In this document: piece after piece, positions 35,107 to 46,900 of the stretch
How the letters are laid out: every line of letters starts with the position of its first letter
Position numbering within the stretch: the first letter of the stretch is position 1
From: Laetmonice hystrix
Taxonomy: Eukaryota
Direction: 5' to 3'
Assembly: GCA_965235115.1 (NCBI GenBank)
Contig: OZ249436.1
Coordinates: forward strand, 30,692,001-30,756,000
DNA: 64,000 bases
Notes under the pieces: model-generated
Told to the model about the DNA's origin: nothing
What the model saw: the letters and a program-made list of their open reading frames with translations, nothing else
Databases searched by the model: none
Made by a program: the position numbers and the translations under genes

Positions 35107-36309
35107 CCTCGAGGCCTGCACTAACAAGCGATCTGGGAATCTAAACAGATGCCTTTAGGTACAGTAATATCATAGAAAAAAAACTGTACTTATATCTACA
35201 GCCATGCATTCACCTTATGTTAAAATGTCGTGTAGATCTATACCTTTCAAAAGATAATCCTCGCGGAACAGCTGCTAGAGTTCACAGATATGGCAAATTC
35301 TGCGTTGTTACCGGATGGCGCTCAAAACATTATGAACAGTATTTGACAGAACGTAGTTAAAAATACGATTTTCCTTACGAGAAACTTGTGCAAGGTTTAT
35401 GTTTCAAAGATACCTGACAAATTTTGGTGAACAAACTTCCTGAAACGTTCATAGGCGATGTGTAAAATTTCAAGCCTGCTGTGTGTAACACATCAGTCGA
35501 AATCTCATCTATCGGTGCTCCCCATTGACCCTAGTCTGCACCTGGCCCTCAACATTGTGTTCCCAGTGTTAGCTAGGGACCATGTTTAAAGTTAAAATGT
35601 TACTAGGGTGAAAATGACATATTATGAAGGTTCTATTCTGGGGCCTGATTAATGTTTCCTTTATCTATACAAGAACTTCTTTCATTATATACAAAACAAA
35701 TACATTGGGTCCTGTAAACAATGGTACCTTTATTACAAAAAAGAAGACAAAATAGCCATGCACCCTACAATATAGTAATACACTTTTCTCCCTGCCCGCG
35801 TGCCCTCATGCTCACGTCGGTTTCACTTTGGATGGCATTTTCATCCGCTGTATAGAAAACAAGTAAAACAATATTCACACCTGAGTTGACCAGTAGGCCT
35901 ATATTCCGTTTCACTTATATCTTGGCAAAATGTTTCACGACACTGGTTACAAGCGGTTTACTATAGCATGGTATTCTTTGTAAAATTCAATAATGAATAT
36001 TTGTATTCAATGTTGAAAATTATGTGTGATATCACATAAATAATTATGTGCGATGTTTTGAATATATTTTTTTAACCATGATAGGCCTAGTCACATGTGA
36101 TACCGACTTTATGCATGTTCAATGCTTTCATATTTGTGTGATCCCGAATTTATATTCAATGCTAGTTCCGATAATATGCGAAAACGGAATTATGGGTAAT
36201 ATGACGGCCTGTTTGTAGGCTATTAGGCCACAATATAGGCCTACACGGAAATCGCATAATAGAGTCTATAGCCTACTAAAATCCAATTGGTGGCTATTGG
36301 GGCTAATAT

Positions 36310-36975
36310 CATGACGTCGACGAGACGTTGTGAGGACATCTTTTAAGTAGTCGACGTCTTTACCGGACGTCCACAGGCCGTAAAGACGTCTTAGTGACGT
36401 CCTGAATAGGCATAGCCTCTAGGCCTATATCACCGACCTAACCATGACGTCGACGAGACGTTGTGTGGACGTCTTTAGTCGACGTCTTTACCGGACGTCC
36501 ACATGCAGCCTCGTAAAGACGTCTTAGCGACGTCCTAAATAGGCCTAGGCTATGACTGGCCAAATCATGACGTCTGGACGAGATGTGGGGACGTCTTTAG
36601 ACGATGGTCTTTACCAGACGCCTTGAGGACGTCCCCTACAGATAGTGACGTCCGGAACAGAGCTATAGGCCTATGACCCAACCAATCACGACGTCCAGAA
36701 GACGTTGTGAAGACGTCTTTTGTCGACGTCTTTACCTGACGTCTAGAGGACGTCTGGGAGGGACGTCTTAGTGACGTCATGACCAGGCCCCTAGCCTATG
36801 ACTGGCCAAATCATGACGTCGACGACGACGATGAGGTCTCATGTCGACGTCTTCAGCAGTCGTAGACCTAGAGGACGTCTGGTTACGACGTGTTAGTGAC
36901 GTCCTGAATATGACCGACCAAATAGGGACGTCAACGAAACGTTGTGAGGACGTTACGGCAGCCCGCTGACTTGAG
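36310..36975 (+). repeat. GACGTC-rich tandem array, ~125-bp period, ~5.3 copies (possible subterminal repeats of an EnSpm/CMC-type element)
   Basis: CATGACGTCGACGAGACGTTGTG-like unit starts near 36310, 36443, 36566, 36687, 36812, 36926. Confidence 0.75.
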
Positions 36976-38290
36976 CCAATCTCTTTTTTTTTAAATCCAA
37001 TAAAATGAACATGGCAATAAGAAGACAAGTTTCACAGCCGCCCCCCTTCAGACTTTCAAGAGTGAACTCATTCCCACCATACATTTCCTTTAGCATGAAT
37101 TCCATCGTGACGGAATTACACATGAACGCCGGATCAGCAGTTTTCATCCGGAATAAATGTTAAACTATGCACGTAAATGCATAATGACTCTTCTTCAATA
37201 GGAATTCCTGACTTAACCTATTATTTTCTAGATGCCTTCCTGTATTTTTTCGGTTGCTGCCTTGGCGGAAGTGAGCGGATAACTTCCGTGACGGAATTAC
37301 ACGCTTTGACATGATGTTTTTAGGTTTGCAGGGGTTTCTCAGTTTCCTGCTCTCCAGAGTGTTCTAGATCAATCCTAAACCACCCCTATTATATAGCAGA
37401 TAATAAGGAAGATTTAGCCATCTAAATAAGACTGTTATATGCTTTAGCTTTATATTGACACCCGTATAAAGCCGTTGGGTGCCTTGAAATTCCGTCACGT
37501 TACGGAATTACAGTTGCTGTAATTCCGTCACACTAATGACAGATCGCATTAAAAACCAGAGTTATATATCTTCTATAGGCATATGATAGGCTTTTATAGG
37601 TATATAGATTTATGATTCTATAGAATTTATTTTTAAAATTCATATCACTGTAACGAGGCCGCAGGAAACAAGCTGTAGGCCTATTGAACATGTGGAACAA
37701 AGGTCAACTAACGCAATGGCAACGTAAGTGATATAAAAAGTAGGCTAAATTATGAACCGGAACAGGCAGAAAGTGAAGGCTGATAACGAATTGGCCGAAC
37801 AAATATAGGCTATAGTCTACTTCCATACCACCGTCATATGTGAAAATCTATGAGGTGATTTCAAGACGCATATCCTACACATAAGCCAGTCCTCAGTTGA
37901 TTTAGGATCGGATGGGTCACGAGAGACAAAGCAGCAGCTTGCACATTCAGAGTCCCTGCAATGTCTTGTTTCGATATGCAGGCCTAGCTGATACTCGATC
38001 ACAGCATTTGGCTGGAGGTTTACAAGAGGCAACGGCAGTCTCGCTTCCTTCACGCATTGCCCTGGAACTGGATTCTGTCCAGGAAGGTCAGGTCGTTGAC
38101 CGAAGTCTGTAGGACCGCCTACAGCATCTTCAACATGCATGGCATAGCGTAGAGGGACGTCTCTGTGTCTTACGTCTTCTGTATAGCCTAATAATTCTGT
38201 AATTTTTTCTCACCAGTTGTTTGAACACAGTGTGTAGGGCCTAGTAGGGCCTAATTGTCCCGGAGGGAATGTCTGCAGTCCATTCCACAA

Positions 38291-38573
38291 CAGGCGCGTG
38301 TCCAGAGGGGGGGTCCAGGGGGTCCGGACCCCCCCCCCCTGCTCCCACAGAACATAGATTTTTTCTAAGCATTCCCGCCGTTTTGAACCCGTTCAGCGAT
38401 TTTTTTTCTAAGCATTTCCGCCGTTTTGAACCTGTTGGTCGATGAATCTACAAAATATTATAATGCCCTAAAATGGCCCCTAAATGGCGGGAATCGCGTT
38501 TCAGAGCTTCTAATTTTAAAAAAAATCTCAGACCCCCCCCCCCCCCCCGCTGAAAATCCTGGACACGTGCCTG
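38291..38573. mobile_element. hAT-like MITE with perfect 5-bp TSD
   Basis: cacaa|CAGGCGCGTGTCCAG ... CTGGACACGTGCCTG|cacaa. Confidence 0.8.
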
Positions 38574-40623
38574 CACAAGACAAAGGTGCCCAAATCTTGA
38601 CATTGCTGTTCAATGACGTCCTCATTCATAACAATGACATGAATGTCTGTCTCACACGATCTAATCACATCAGCAAATGTTAACAGCATTAGCCTACTCA
38701 TCATCTTCGCCCCGGACATGATCAAACGATGAGCCATGCGTTTCACATTCCCGCCAAGGCCATAATTTGGCCCTTTTCCGTGGGACGTTGCGAAAAAGCT
38801 TCACGTGATTTTGAATGATCGGTTTTTCTCTAGCTTCGACAACAAGGCAAATAATAGGCCAAACCTGCCTTTGCCGCGTGTCTTGATTTGGTTGGTCGGT
38901 GGAGTACCGGTAGGCAAAGTTTTCGAAAGACTGCTCGCAATCCTTGAAGTAATAAGGATTAATTACCGAAAACCATGCAGGACGGAAGGGAGGCACCTCA
39001 GACGGAGGAAAAGAAAAGAAAAGAACGCAGGCTGCTAGACCGTGTAGGTACTAACGAAGCGCCCCCTAGTGTTTGGTCTGACCTGACACCTATCGGTAAA
39101 ACTTGCAGAACTGGTTCACTGTAGGCCTACTCCCGTTAGGGGGCCGCCCCCTGGCGGCGGCTGTTGGAGTGAGCGTTCAGTGCTAACTTCAACGTCAGCG
39201 AAGTCGGTCTTGGGAGAAATTAGTGCAATTATGGACAATACATCATGTTGCTGTAGGGCAGGTTGGGTTCTCAGTTAAATTAGTGAATAGTTAACTTTTT
39301 AGTGTTCGATCAAAGAGGTCAATCAGATACGTAGATTTTGCTTTCCTTTTGCTTGCCACTTCAACTCAAGTCATGTTGTTTTGAGCGATAAATGGGGAAA
39401 TGATGGACTCTGAACTGAAGTCCTGAAACAAGACTATTAGTTTACTAAATTAAGTTGTGCCAACTTGTGGCTTGTCAGCTACGATACATTCACAATTTTC
39501 ACAATTTTGCCATTCGTGTCCCAATCATCCAATGATAATGTTTCGGTTGTCATGCTCTCCCAGTGGCAGCACTGGTCTTCCTGTCCCGTAATCATATTCG
39601 TCCCATATCGGAATCCCGGAGCTGCCTGGCTTTTGGTATTTATTTTTAGAGGGGTACATCCCACAGGCCGCACAGAATGCGACTAGTTGGAGAAATTCCG
39701 AGAAAATGTGCGAATTAGCCACAATTTTCACTTGGAATCACACTGAATTGGTACTTACGACACATTTGCGTATGTCGCACTGCGAATAAATTGTGACATG
39801 TGCACGAAATTCATGTGACATTTGTGCAAATGTGGTGCAATTTTTTGGTCGCAATTTAGTCACAAAGTGTCTTAGTTAAGTCGCAAAGTGTTTACAATTT
39901 ATTCTCAGTTGATTCACAATTTTGTCTCCAACCCCTCACAAAGTTGTCTCACATTTCTCACACTTTCTGACTCACGAGATGGGTTTGAGACACCTGCGAC
40001 GACTCTGTGACTATTTCAAGAGAAAATTCGTCGCACGAATTTTTTGAACATCTTCAAAATTCCAGCGACATGATTGTGAGGACCTGCGACCTGAAATTCA
40101 GATAAACTGTTTCTCAAAATCTACTACCATCTCAGTGATAGGCGGGGGAGCTTGGGGTTGACCGTTTGGTACCGCCCTGTCACAAACGGCTGATCGGCAA
40201 ATGGTGACCAAGTTTTTCAAAATAGCCGCCACTGGTCAAAGTCAGTCGCATTCATGGCAACCCGCAGGTCGCAACTTTGAGCATTGCTATAGCACAGCGG
40301 CCACAGCCCCTCAAGTATAGGCTATGACATAGCTTTTCCCCTATCCAAATGGTTGATTTGTACTTTTACTGGACCCTGTGACTGTAATTCAGTTGCAACT
40401 TTTGCTCTATGTAATAGAAGGTCAGTGAAAACGACTGAAGTACATGTACGGTGTTTATTCAATATCACATTACACTTTTAACTTTGCACATAGAAGACAA
40501 TATACTGCAAATGTAAATAAAAAGGATATTGTAAAAATACAATGTAGGCTAATGACTATGGTAGCTCATTACTTAACTATCCTATCTAATTCTCTTTGCA
40601 GTGTAGATCTAGACCAATGAGAA

Positions 40624-40714
40624 ATGAATACAACGGACAATGAACGTGGAATGTTTGCTGGACTGTCGGCGTGGTTCTCCTCCAGTGTCGCAGAGAAGAG
40701 AGTCAACACCTGGA
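40624..40714 (+). CDS. TERB2: TERB2 coding exon 1
   Basis: MNTTDNERG-MFAGLSAWFSSSVAEKRVNTW (cf. vertebrate MFQGQRGWFCGSV...FW); second ATG at 40651 may be the true start. Confidence 0.85.
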
Positions 40715-40981
40715 GTAAGTTAAGAGGGCAGTATCTGTGACCTTGTGCGGGTAATTACAGGATATTGATAGTAAAGCTCAGATGCAGACAGTGGTCTGTC
40801 TGTAAGTACCCAGTTTTGCAAATTTGGCAAGGAAATCTTGATGGACAATTTATTAGGAAGACCTTATATAGTTAAAGTGAGAACTTGTTGTTTTTTTTTA
40901 ACAAAGGTATATGGTTACCCAGGTATTATCTTACTGGGGTTTTATAATTTTGGTAATTTGTACATTGTATTTCAATTAAAG

Positions 40982-41063
40982 CGGAGGCAGAGGGGACAGT
41001 AGACTCAGCTGACAGAGCTATGTACCTGTTCAGTGAAGATGCCGATGCTGAAGATACCAAAAG
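40982..41063 (+). CDS. TERB2: TERB2 coding exon 2
   Basis: EAEGTVDSADRAMYLFSEDADAEDTK (cf. EGGTISD..AADFLFSCDASHPDT). Confidence 0.87.
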
Positions 41064-41451
41064 GTAAGACCTGGTAACAATGTCTCCTATATTGCAGAGT
41101 GATAGTTATGATAATCATTGCCATAAGTTATCTCAGAAAGATAAACTAGAGGGCTTGTTCTATAACATGAGGATCACACATTTGTAATTGTTATCATCCT
41201 AACGAGGGACGATGTTGATGAATCCATGTTTACTTCTGCAATTATTTTTAGTGCAAGATTTCTATTTTCTTTGGCATGATTATGTGTGTTTGTTTTATAT
41301 CATATCACTGTCATTCAACTGTACTGTCTTTGTCATGCAACAAATGAGGGCAGAATTGATTTTGAGAATTTTAAATAAAATTTCTGATATCAGTCGAATC
41401 TAAGGGCCGACAGAGATGAAGACATTGATATAATGTTTTCTACCCTGACAG

Positions 41452-41591
41452 GTTGTATGACAGTGATGCTTATCTCAAGGAGCATCTTGCCATATTTCAT
41501 GCCTGCCTTGTCGACGAGTGTGTAACCAAAGGTGGCATAAAGGACGTAGCACCAGGAAAGTACTTCCTACCTCCAGCAGAACTACATTCAG
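41452..41591 (+). CDS. TERB2: TERB2 coding exon 3
   Basis: LYDSDAYLKEHLAIFHACLVDECVTKGGIKDVAPGKYFLPPAELHS (cf. IYQSLDY...VFHAYYL...VALGHFILPPA). Confidence 0.9.
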
Positions 41592-41733
41592 GTAAGTTCA
41601 GTCTTGCCCCTCATTTGCCCATATTATTGCCAATATCGGTTTATTTTATGATTACTGGTAACTAGACTTATCGTTTTTTACACATTCCTTTTGGTTGGAT
41701 TTGTGTTTCTACACAAAATTGTATCTGTTTCAG

Positions 41734-41867
41734 CTATAAAAAATCAGGTGACATTCAAATGGGAACTTCTTGCCCAGGCAGAGAAAAATACTCAACAGAA
41801 AGAGACAAAGCAACAGAAGACTAAGCAGTCCTCACAGAACCAAGACCACCCACCCGAACCTGATAAT
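41734..41867 (+). CDS. TERB2: TERB2 coding exon 4
   Basis: IKNQVTFKWELLAQAE...PEPDN; tttcag / gtaaga. Confidence 0.85.
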
Positions 41868-41929
41868 GTAAGACAAAATTAGGCTTATTGAAATGAAAGG
41901 GACTTGGATCTTCAATGACTTACAAAATC

Positions 41930-42270
41930 GTTGACCTGGTATTGACTTGAACAGCCAATGAAATTCATCAGGCGCTGCGAAGAACCGATGAATTTCATTT
42001 GCCATTTAAGTCAGTGCCAGGTCAACAACCAGCCATGAGTCGTTTGCTTCATGGCGATAACAGGCAACTGGAATGTTGAATTTCATTAGATTTCTCCACT
42101 TCTGCAGCTATACGTATACATGTACATTTATTGATTTATGTAGTCTAACTCTAAGGCCTTATCTAACCTTTACAGCCCATTCTGCATTTTGAAGTCATTA
42201 AAATGAGAGCTACTCTCTGATTGCTTTTAAAGTTTAAATTTCAAGCTTTAAAATGAACTGGGGTACTTAG
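41930..42270. repeat. Interspersed repeat; related copy in opposite orientation at ~20760-21050
   Basis: Shared GCAACTGGAATGTTGAATTTCATTAG, CTAAGGCCTTA and the GACTTGAACAGCCA..GAAATTCATC hairpin centre. Confidence 0.7.
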
Positions 42271-42403
42271 AAATAAAAAAATATAGTTAATTCACTTGAC
42301 ACTGCCCAGAATAGTGTTGGAATAACACATAAAAGTTGTGTAAAGCCTGATAAGGAAGTTTTTCTTCTTCATAATTTTGATCACCGATAACTAAAATTCA
42401 CAG

Positions 42404-42534
42404 TCAGCCAGTACAAGTGATGAAATGAACGTGAGGGACGTAAACCAGAAAGAAGTCACAGGTAATAGAGAGGTCCAGCCTACTGGTCCACAGACCAGGC
42501 CACAACAACCCGTCATCACTGAGCCGACTCCAAG
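42404..42534 (+). CDS. TERB2: TERB2 coding exon 5 (low-complexity linker)
   Basis: SASTSDEMNVRDVNQKEVTG...TEPTP; cacag / gtacaa; phases fit. Confidence 0.7.
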
Positions 42535-43406
42535 GTACAAATATTAGTAGTGTACACTGAAAGTCTAAATGTGTAAGGAGCCACATGTCTAAATCAGATC
42601 TACAGTACAGTCCAGTAAGATAGTTCCAGTTCCCCCCCCCCCCCCCCAAGAGTCCAGAGTCCCGTCTGAATGTTGCGAGTTAGACATTTATATATATCAT
42701 CTACCATATATATATATAACACCTGTGCAGGCTACAGGTAAATTCCCTACTCGCCGCCAGGGGGCACTACTGTGTCAATATGGTCTGCATACTAATACTC
42801 GGCGCATGTACTGTTAACCGTTTCAAAGTATTTCCCTGGCTTTGAGTCAATTTATACATAAAGCCAAAAAGATTGTACATGTAATTTAATTTTCTTGTGA
42901 CAATTTGAATATATTTTTTCATAGAGACGTTTTCTGGCCTAACATGTCAATATCACCATGGTGCTAGAAATGGGAAACCTGGTGGGCACTGTTAGAACTC
43001 TCCTAGTCTTTGCCTTTGGCATTATGTGGACTGTAGTAGTAACATTCCAATCATTGTAACATTAATTTTATTAGTTGACATACCTCTAACAGTTATTAAA
43101 TATTTCGCAAAGAAAACCCCATTTTCAAACATAACTGTGGTCATATACATATGCCAAAGGAGGCATGTGAGTTTGATGTGGGATACCTGTTGGTCACCAT
43201 TCAAACTGATGTGATCTTTGCCTTTGGGACCATATTTGGTTGACTGAAATACTCAAATGATTTAGAGACTCGGTGCTGACTTTCTTCGACACCAACTTTT
43301 TAAAAGTACATTTTTTTTTATAAATTTTTTTTGTTTCGTCTGTTTTTAGAAGTAGTGGTGTTAAGGCACAACCTTTGCTATTTCCATTGTTTTTGTTTTT
43401 TACTAG

Positions 43407-43456
43407 TACCTCAAAACAAGATTCGAATCAGCCAAGGAGAAGCACTGGAAGCAAAG
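43407..43456 (+). CDS. TERB2: TERB2 coding exon 6 (linker)
   Basis: TSKQDSNQPRRSTGSK; strong pyrimidine tract + tag / gttagg; phase 2 to 1. Confidence 0.7.
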
Positions 43457-43853
43457 GTTAGGACACCAACTGGTATTAATTTAACGCACCTTTTAGTCTT
43501 CATTTTTCAGGTAAGACTATCTGGACAGGAATGACTAGAAAACAATACGGGTGTATTATATTTTTATATTCAATAGTGCCAAAATTGGGGAAAAAGTTGG
43601 TTGCTTTGTACATCAAAAGACAAAAAAAAAAAAATAATTGCCAGTAGTATATTCTTGGCTATTTCACCAGTGGACCCCCAGATCGTATTTGGACCACAGT
43701 TTCCCTGACTAGGCAGACAAAATGTAGCTTATTTAAAAAAAAAACTTATTTAGGAATAGAATATAGCAGTATAGGTGTATTTTATGTAACCGGTACATTG
43801 TATTTTGTATTATGATTACTATAGAATGGTGATATTACTATAATTACTTTCAG

Positions 43854-43954
43854 ATTATGTTGACATTGATGATGTCCCGAAGATTGAGGGAGAAATAAAC
43901 GATTTTATCATAGGCAAGGATGGCTGTCAGGTCTTGAAAATTCTTGCCGTATGA
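43854..43954 (+). CDS. TERB2: TERB2 last coding exon (MAJIN-binding-like C-terminus)
   Basis: DYVDIDDVPKIEGEINDFIIGKDGCQVLKILAV* (cf. YISIDAMKKFLGELHDFIPG.SG). Confidence 0.85.
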
Positions 43955-46900
43955 CAGACAGTATTTTACCTATAGATCAGTAAGTTTCTGGTTGGTTTTT
44001 ATGATATTTGTTTATAAATTAATAGATATTGCTCATTCTCCATAAAACACACACCGGTAAATGTCTCTGTATTGAGAGATTGTAATTTTATTATTTTCAG
44101 CAGTGAAACAACTGCAGACATACATGATTCCCCATGCGGTGTAGATGGACGTGCAGGGTGTCGAGAGTTTTGAGGACTGGACAGATGCTATGTGTAACAT
44201 GAAGTACAGCAAGCTGAATGTAGTATATTTGTAGGCCATGCCGACAGAAGCCAAGGACGTTTGTGTATAGGGACTTAACAGACAGTATGGACTTTAATGA
44301 GTCTGATTAAGTTATCTGTATTCGCGTTGAACCTGTCTAATTCTGCCGTTTCTTTATTATCTGGAGTTTACTCCACACAGTATGTTTTATGATTGCACCT
44401 CTGGCTCGCGAACCAGTGGCAATAAACTCTTCAAAGTTTATTTCTTATTCACTTCAGGTTTCAGTAAGATATCTTTTTACTTTAGTGAAAATACTCCTTT
44501 TTCTAATGATGTAATCGTGTATTGATTTCCAATCGCATCAAACATCAGATCTAACTTTACGCCAGTTAAACACTATCTTACCCCGTAGTGAGTTTGTACT
44601 TAGAAATCCCGCCCACATTTATAACTCCTGACCGTAGACTTGATATTTAACTGATCAAAAGTAGCGATTTTTTAATCTAGTACATTTCTAAAGATAAAAT
44701 GTAGTTTCTTGCATTGAAATTTCGAAAATCCCCAAGAATAATGAACCACCAGTACATTGCTGCTCATGAATGGGTACGTCGAACTTGTCCATTTCAAATT
44801 CCTTAATCCTAGGTGTCGGGAGACGGGGGGGGGGGGGGTTAAGTATTATACGTGTAGTAGGATAGAGGTAAACATTAACTCTAGTCTTTGCTGCATAACG
44901 GCATAAATCGGACTGGTTCTTCATGTCAATAAGTCTCTATGTCCCAGTGAAACTCTTAGTTGAACAGGTACATTCACACACAATGCTGGATGACCTGATA
45001 ATGGCGCCACCTAGTGTTAACGCTCTGAATGTAGGATTACGTGCGCAAAGGTTTTCATTTTGTTGAGGTAGAATTTTGAAAACTGATATCGTTGGCACTG
45101 GGTCTACAAGTATCAATCTCATATACCTGTTTTATTTGTCGACGATTCCTATGAGAAATAAGACAAAAATCTCTGTATCATAGCTTAGGTTTTTTATTCT
45201 GTAGACTGCTCAAGCAGTTTTCATATAAAAATGTCAAATTACAGGGTATAGAAACAGAATCCATAGAAAGCAATAATTACAACAAAGCAGTATAATGTAT
45301 TATACCATTGAAAGCTTGGGTAGATCCTCGCCCCAGCAGGTCACGCCAGGTGACCTGCCCTCCACGACCTTCAACTCTCACCACTCCAACTGTCCCGGTT
45401 TGAATTTCTCTCTCTCTCCTTTACCAGTCCCGTCTCTACTCTTCACCTGAACGGCAATCGGTAATCATCACCTCAATATCAGTGAAAGACTTCATAATCA
45501 GATTCTCGTTTCTGGACCCTTCATTTCACAATATTGAAGGGCCGATCCGTTTAAGAGAAACACTTTTTCTAACCCACCCACCCACCCACCCTTGCTTTTC
45601 TGGCTGATCGTCACATTTTCTTGTCTCAAATAAAATGTAATCTCGATCAAACAACTTTGAACACTCGACCTCCAGCAAGCCTTTTTTGTCCTTACAGCTC
45701 GTACGATGCCAGATAACTCTGTAATTATTTAGGGAATTATTATGCTTGAATAGCTTCTTCTCACACATGACCTTTCACTTTTATGACCTCTGATTTAAAA
45801 CTGCCAACTAAGTCCGCAAGAAATAGGAGTTATCACAATACTTTGAGATTTTGGCGCGTTATAGCCTATAAGATGTTAATATAAAAGTTGGTACCCCAAC
45901 AAACAACCTTTGTGATGCAGCAAGCCCTGACAGAAGAACATATCTGTGGCGGGAAGAATTGTCTCAGTGTCTCCCGATATCTCCACACCTTCCTGGGTGT
46001 GAGAATAATCACTGCCACACCACGTCCATCCGGTCCACAGACCTGAAAACGTTGTTTCAAGTCTTCTTTAAGATGAATTCGGTACAGTTTGGAGAAACCT
46101 AAACAACCTATTCAAAATTAATTTGTGTGACCTTATCACACACGAAAGAAATGATTTCCATGTGGCAGTCATGGGCTTCAGCAGGAGTGAAACACGATGA
46201 TATAAATCGGCAGTACATGGGATGTCAGTTAGGAATGGTACGTATTTGAGTAGTTCTAGTTTAGCCAGTTGGTACCCCTTTCCACACTGATATGTTACAA
46301 TGTTATTCTCTTTTTCATTTCAAGTAATAAAATATGCAACGCTAGTATCACTGAAACAGCTTTAAAATAATATAGTTATTTAGAGTAAGACTACAATGCT
46401 ATTGAAATAAAGCAACAATACATTTCATGCGTTACCAATGTGAGTTTTAATATGATAAGTATGTTTTCTGAACTGTACAAACTTCAGCAGACGGTCGTGT
46501 TGGAATTCTGAATGAAAGGCTGGGATCTCGGCTGTACAATAATGGAACTACGATACCAGGGTCAAATATAAATGTCCTACTCCAATCTAGTAACATTCCT
46601 AACTGATAGTATATAAGGTGTGTTATGCATACAAAAATAACGTATTATATCTTGAACCTATAGCCTGGCAGCAGCAGCCAACTACAAAACAATAATACTG
46701 AGATTAATAATGAAATTATCTGTATTGCATACAAACTCAGAAGCTCTTCCACAGTTCATGCTATAAAAAACTATTCATAGGTTAGCAATAACGTATCGGT
46801 ACTTAGTTTACTGCTTATGGAATTATTTACATTGCACCGTGCAAAAAGCAATTCCACGGTAAATGCATTAAAATTATGAAATCATGGTCATTCCATGCAT

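Larger units (their letters stand above)
40624..43954 (+). other. TERB2: Gene model: telomere repeats-binding bouquet formation protein 2, 7 coding exons, 242 aa
   Basis: Exons 40624-40714, 40982-41063, 41452-41591, 41734-41867, 42404-42534, 43407-43456, 43854-43954; 729 nt in frame; N- and C-terminal blocks match vertebrate TERB2 as I recall it. Confidence 0.88.
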
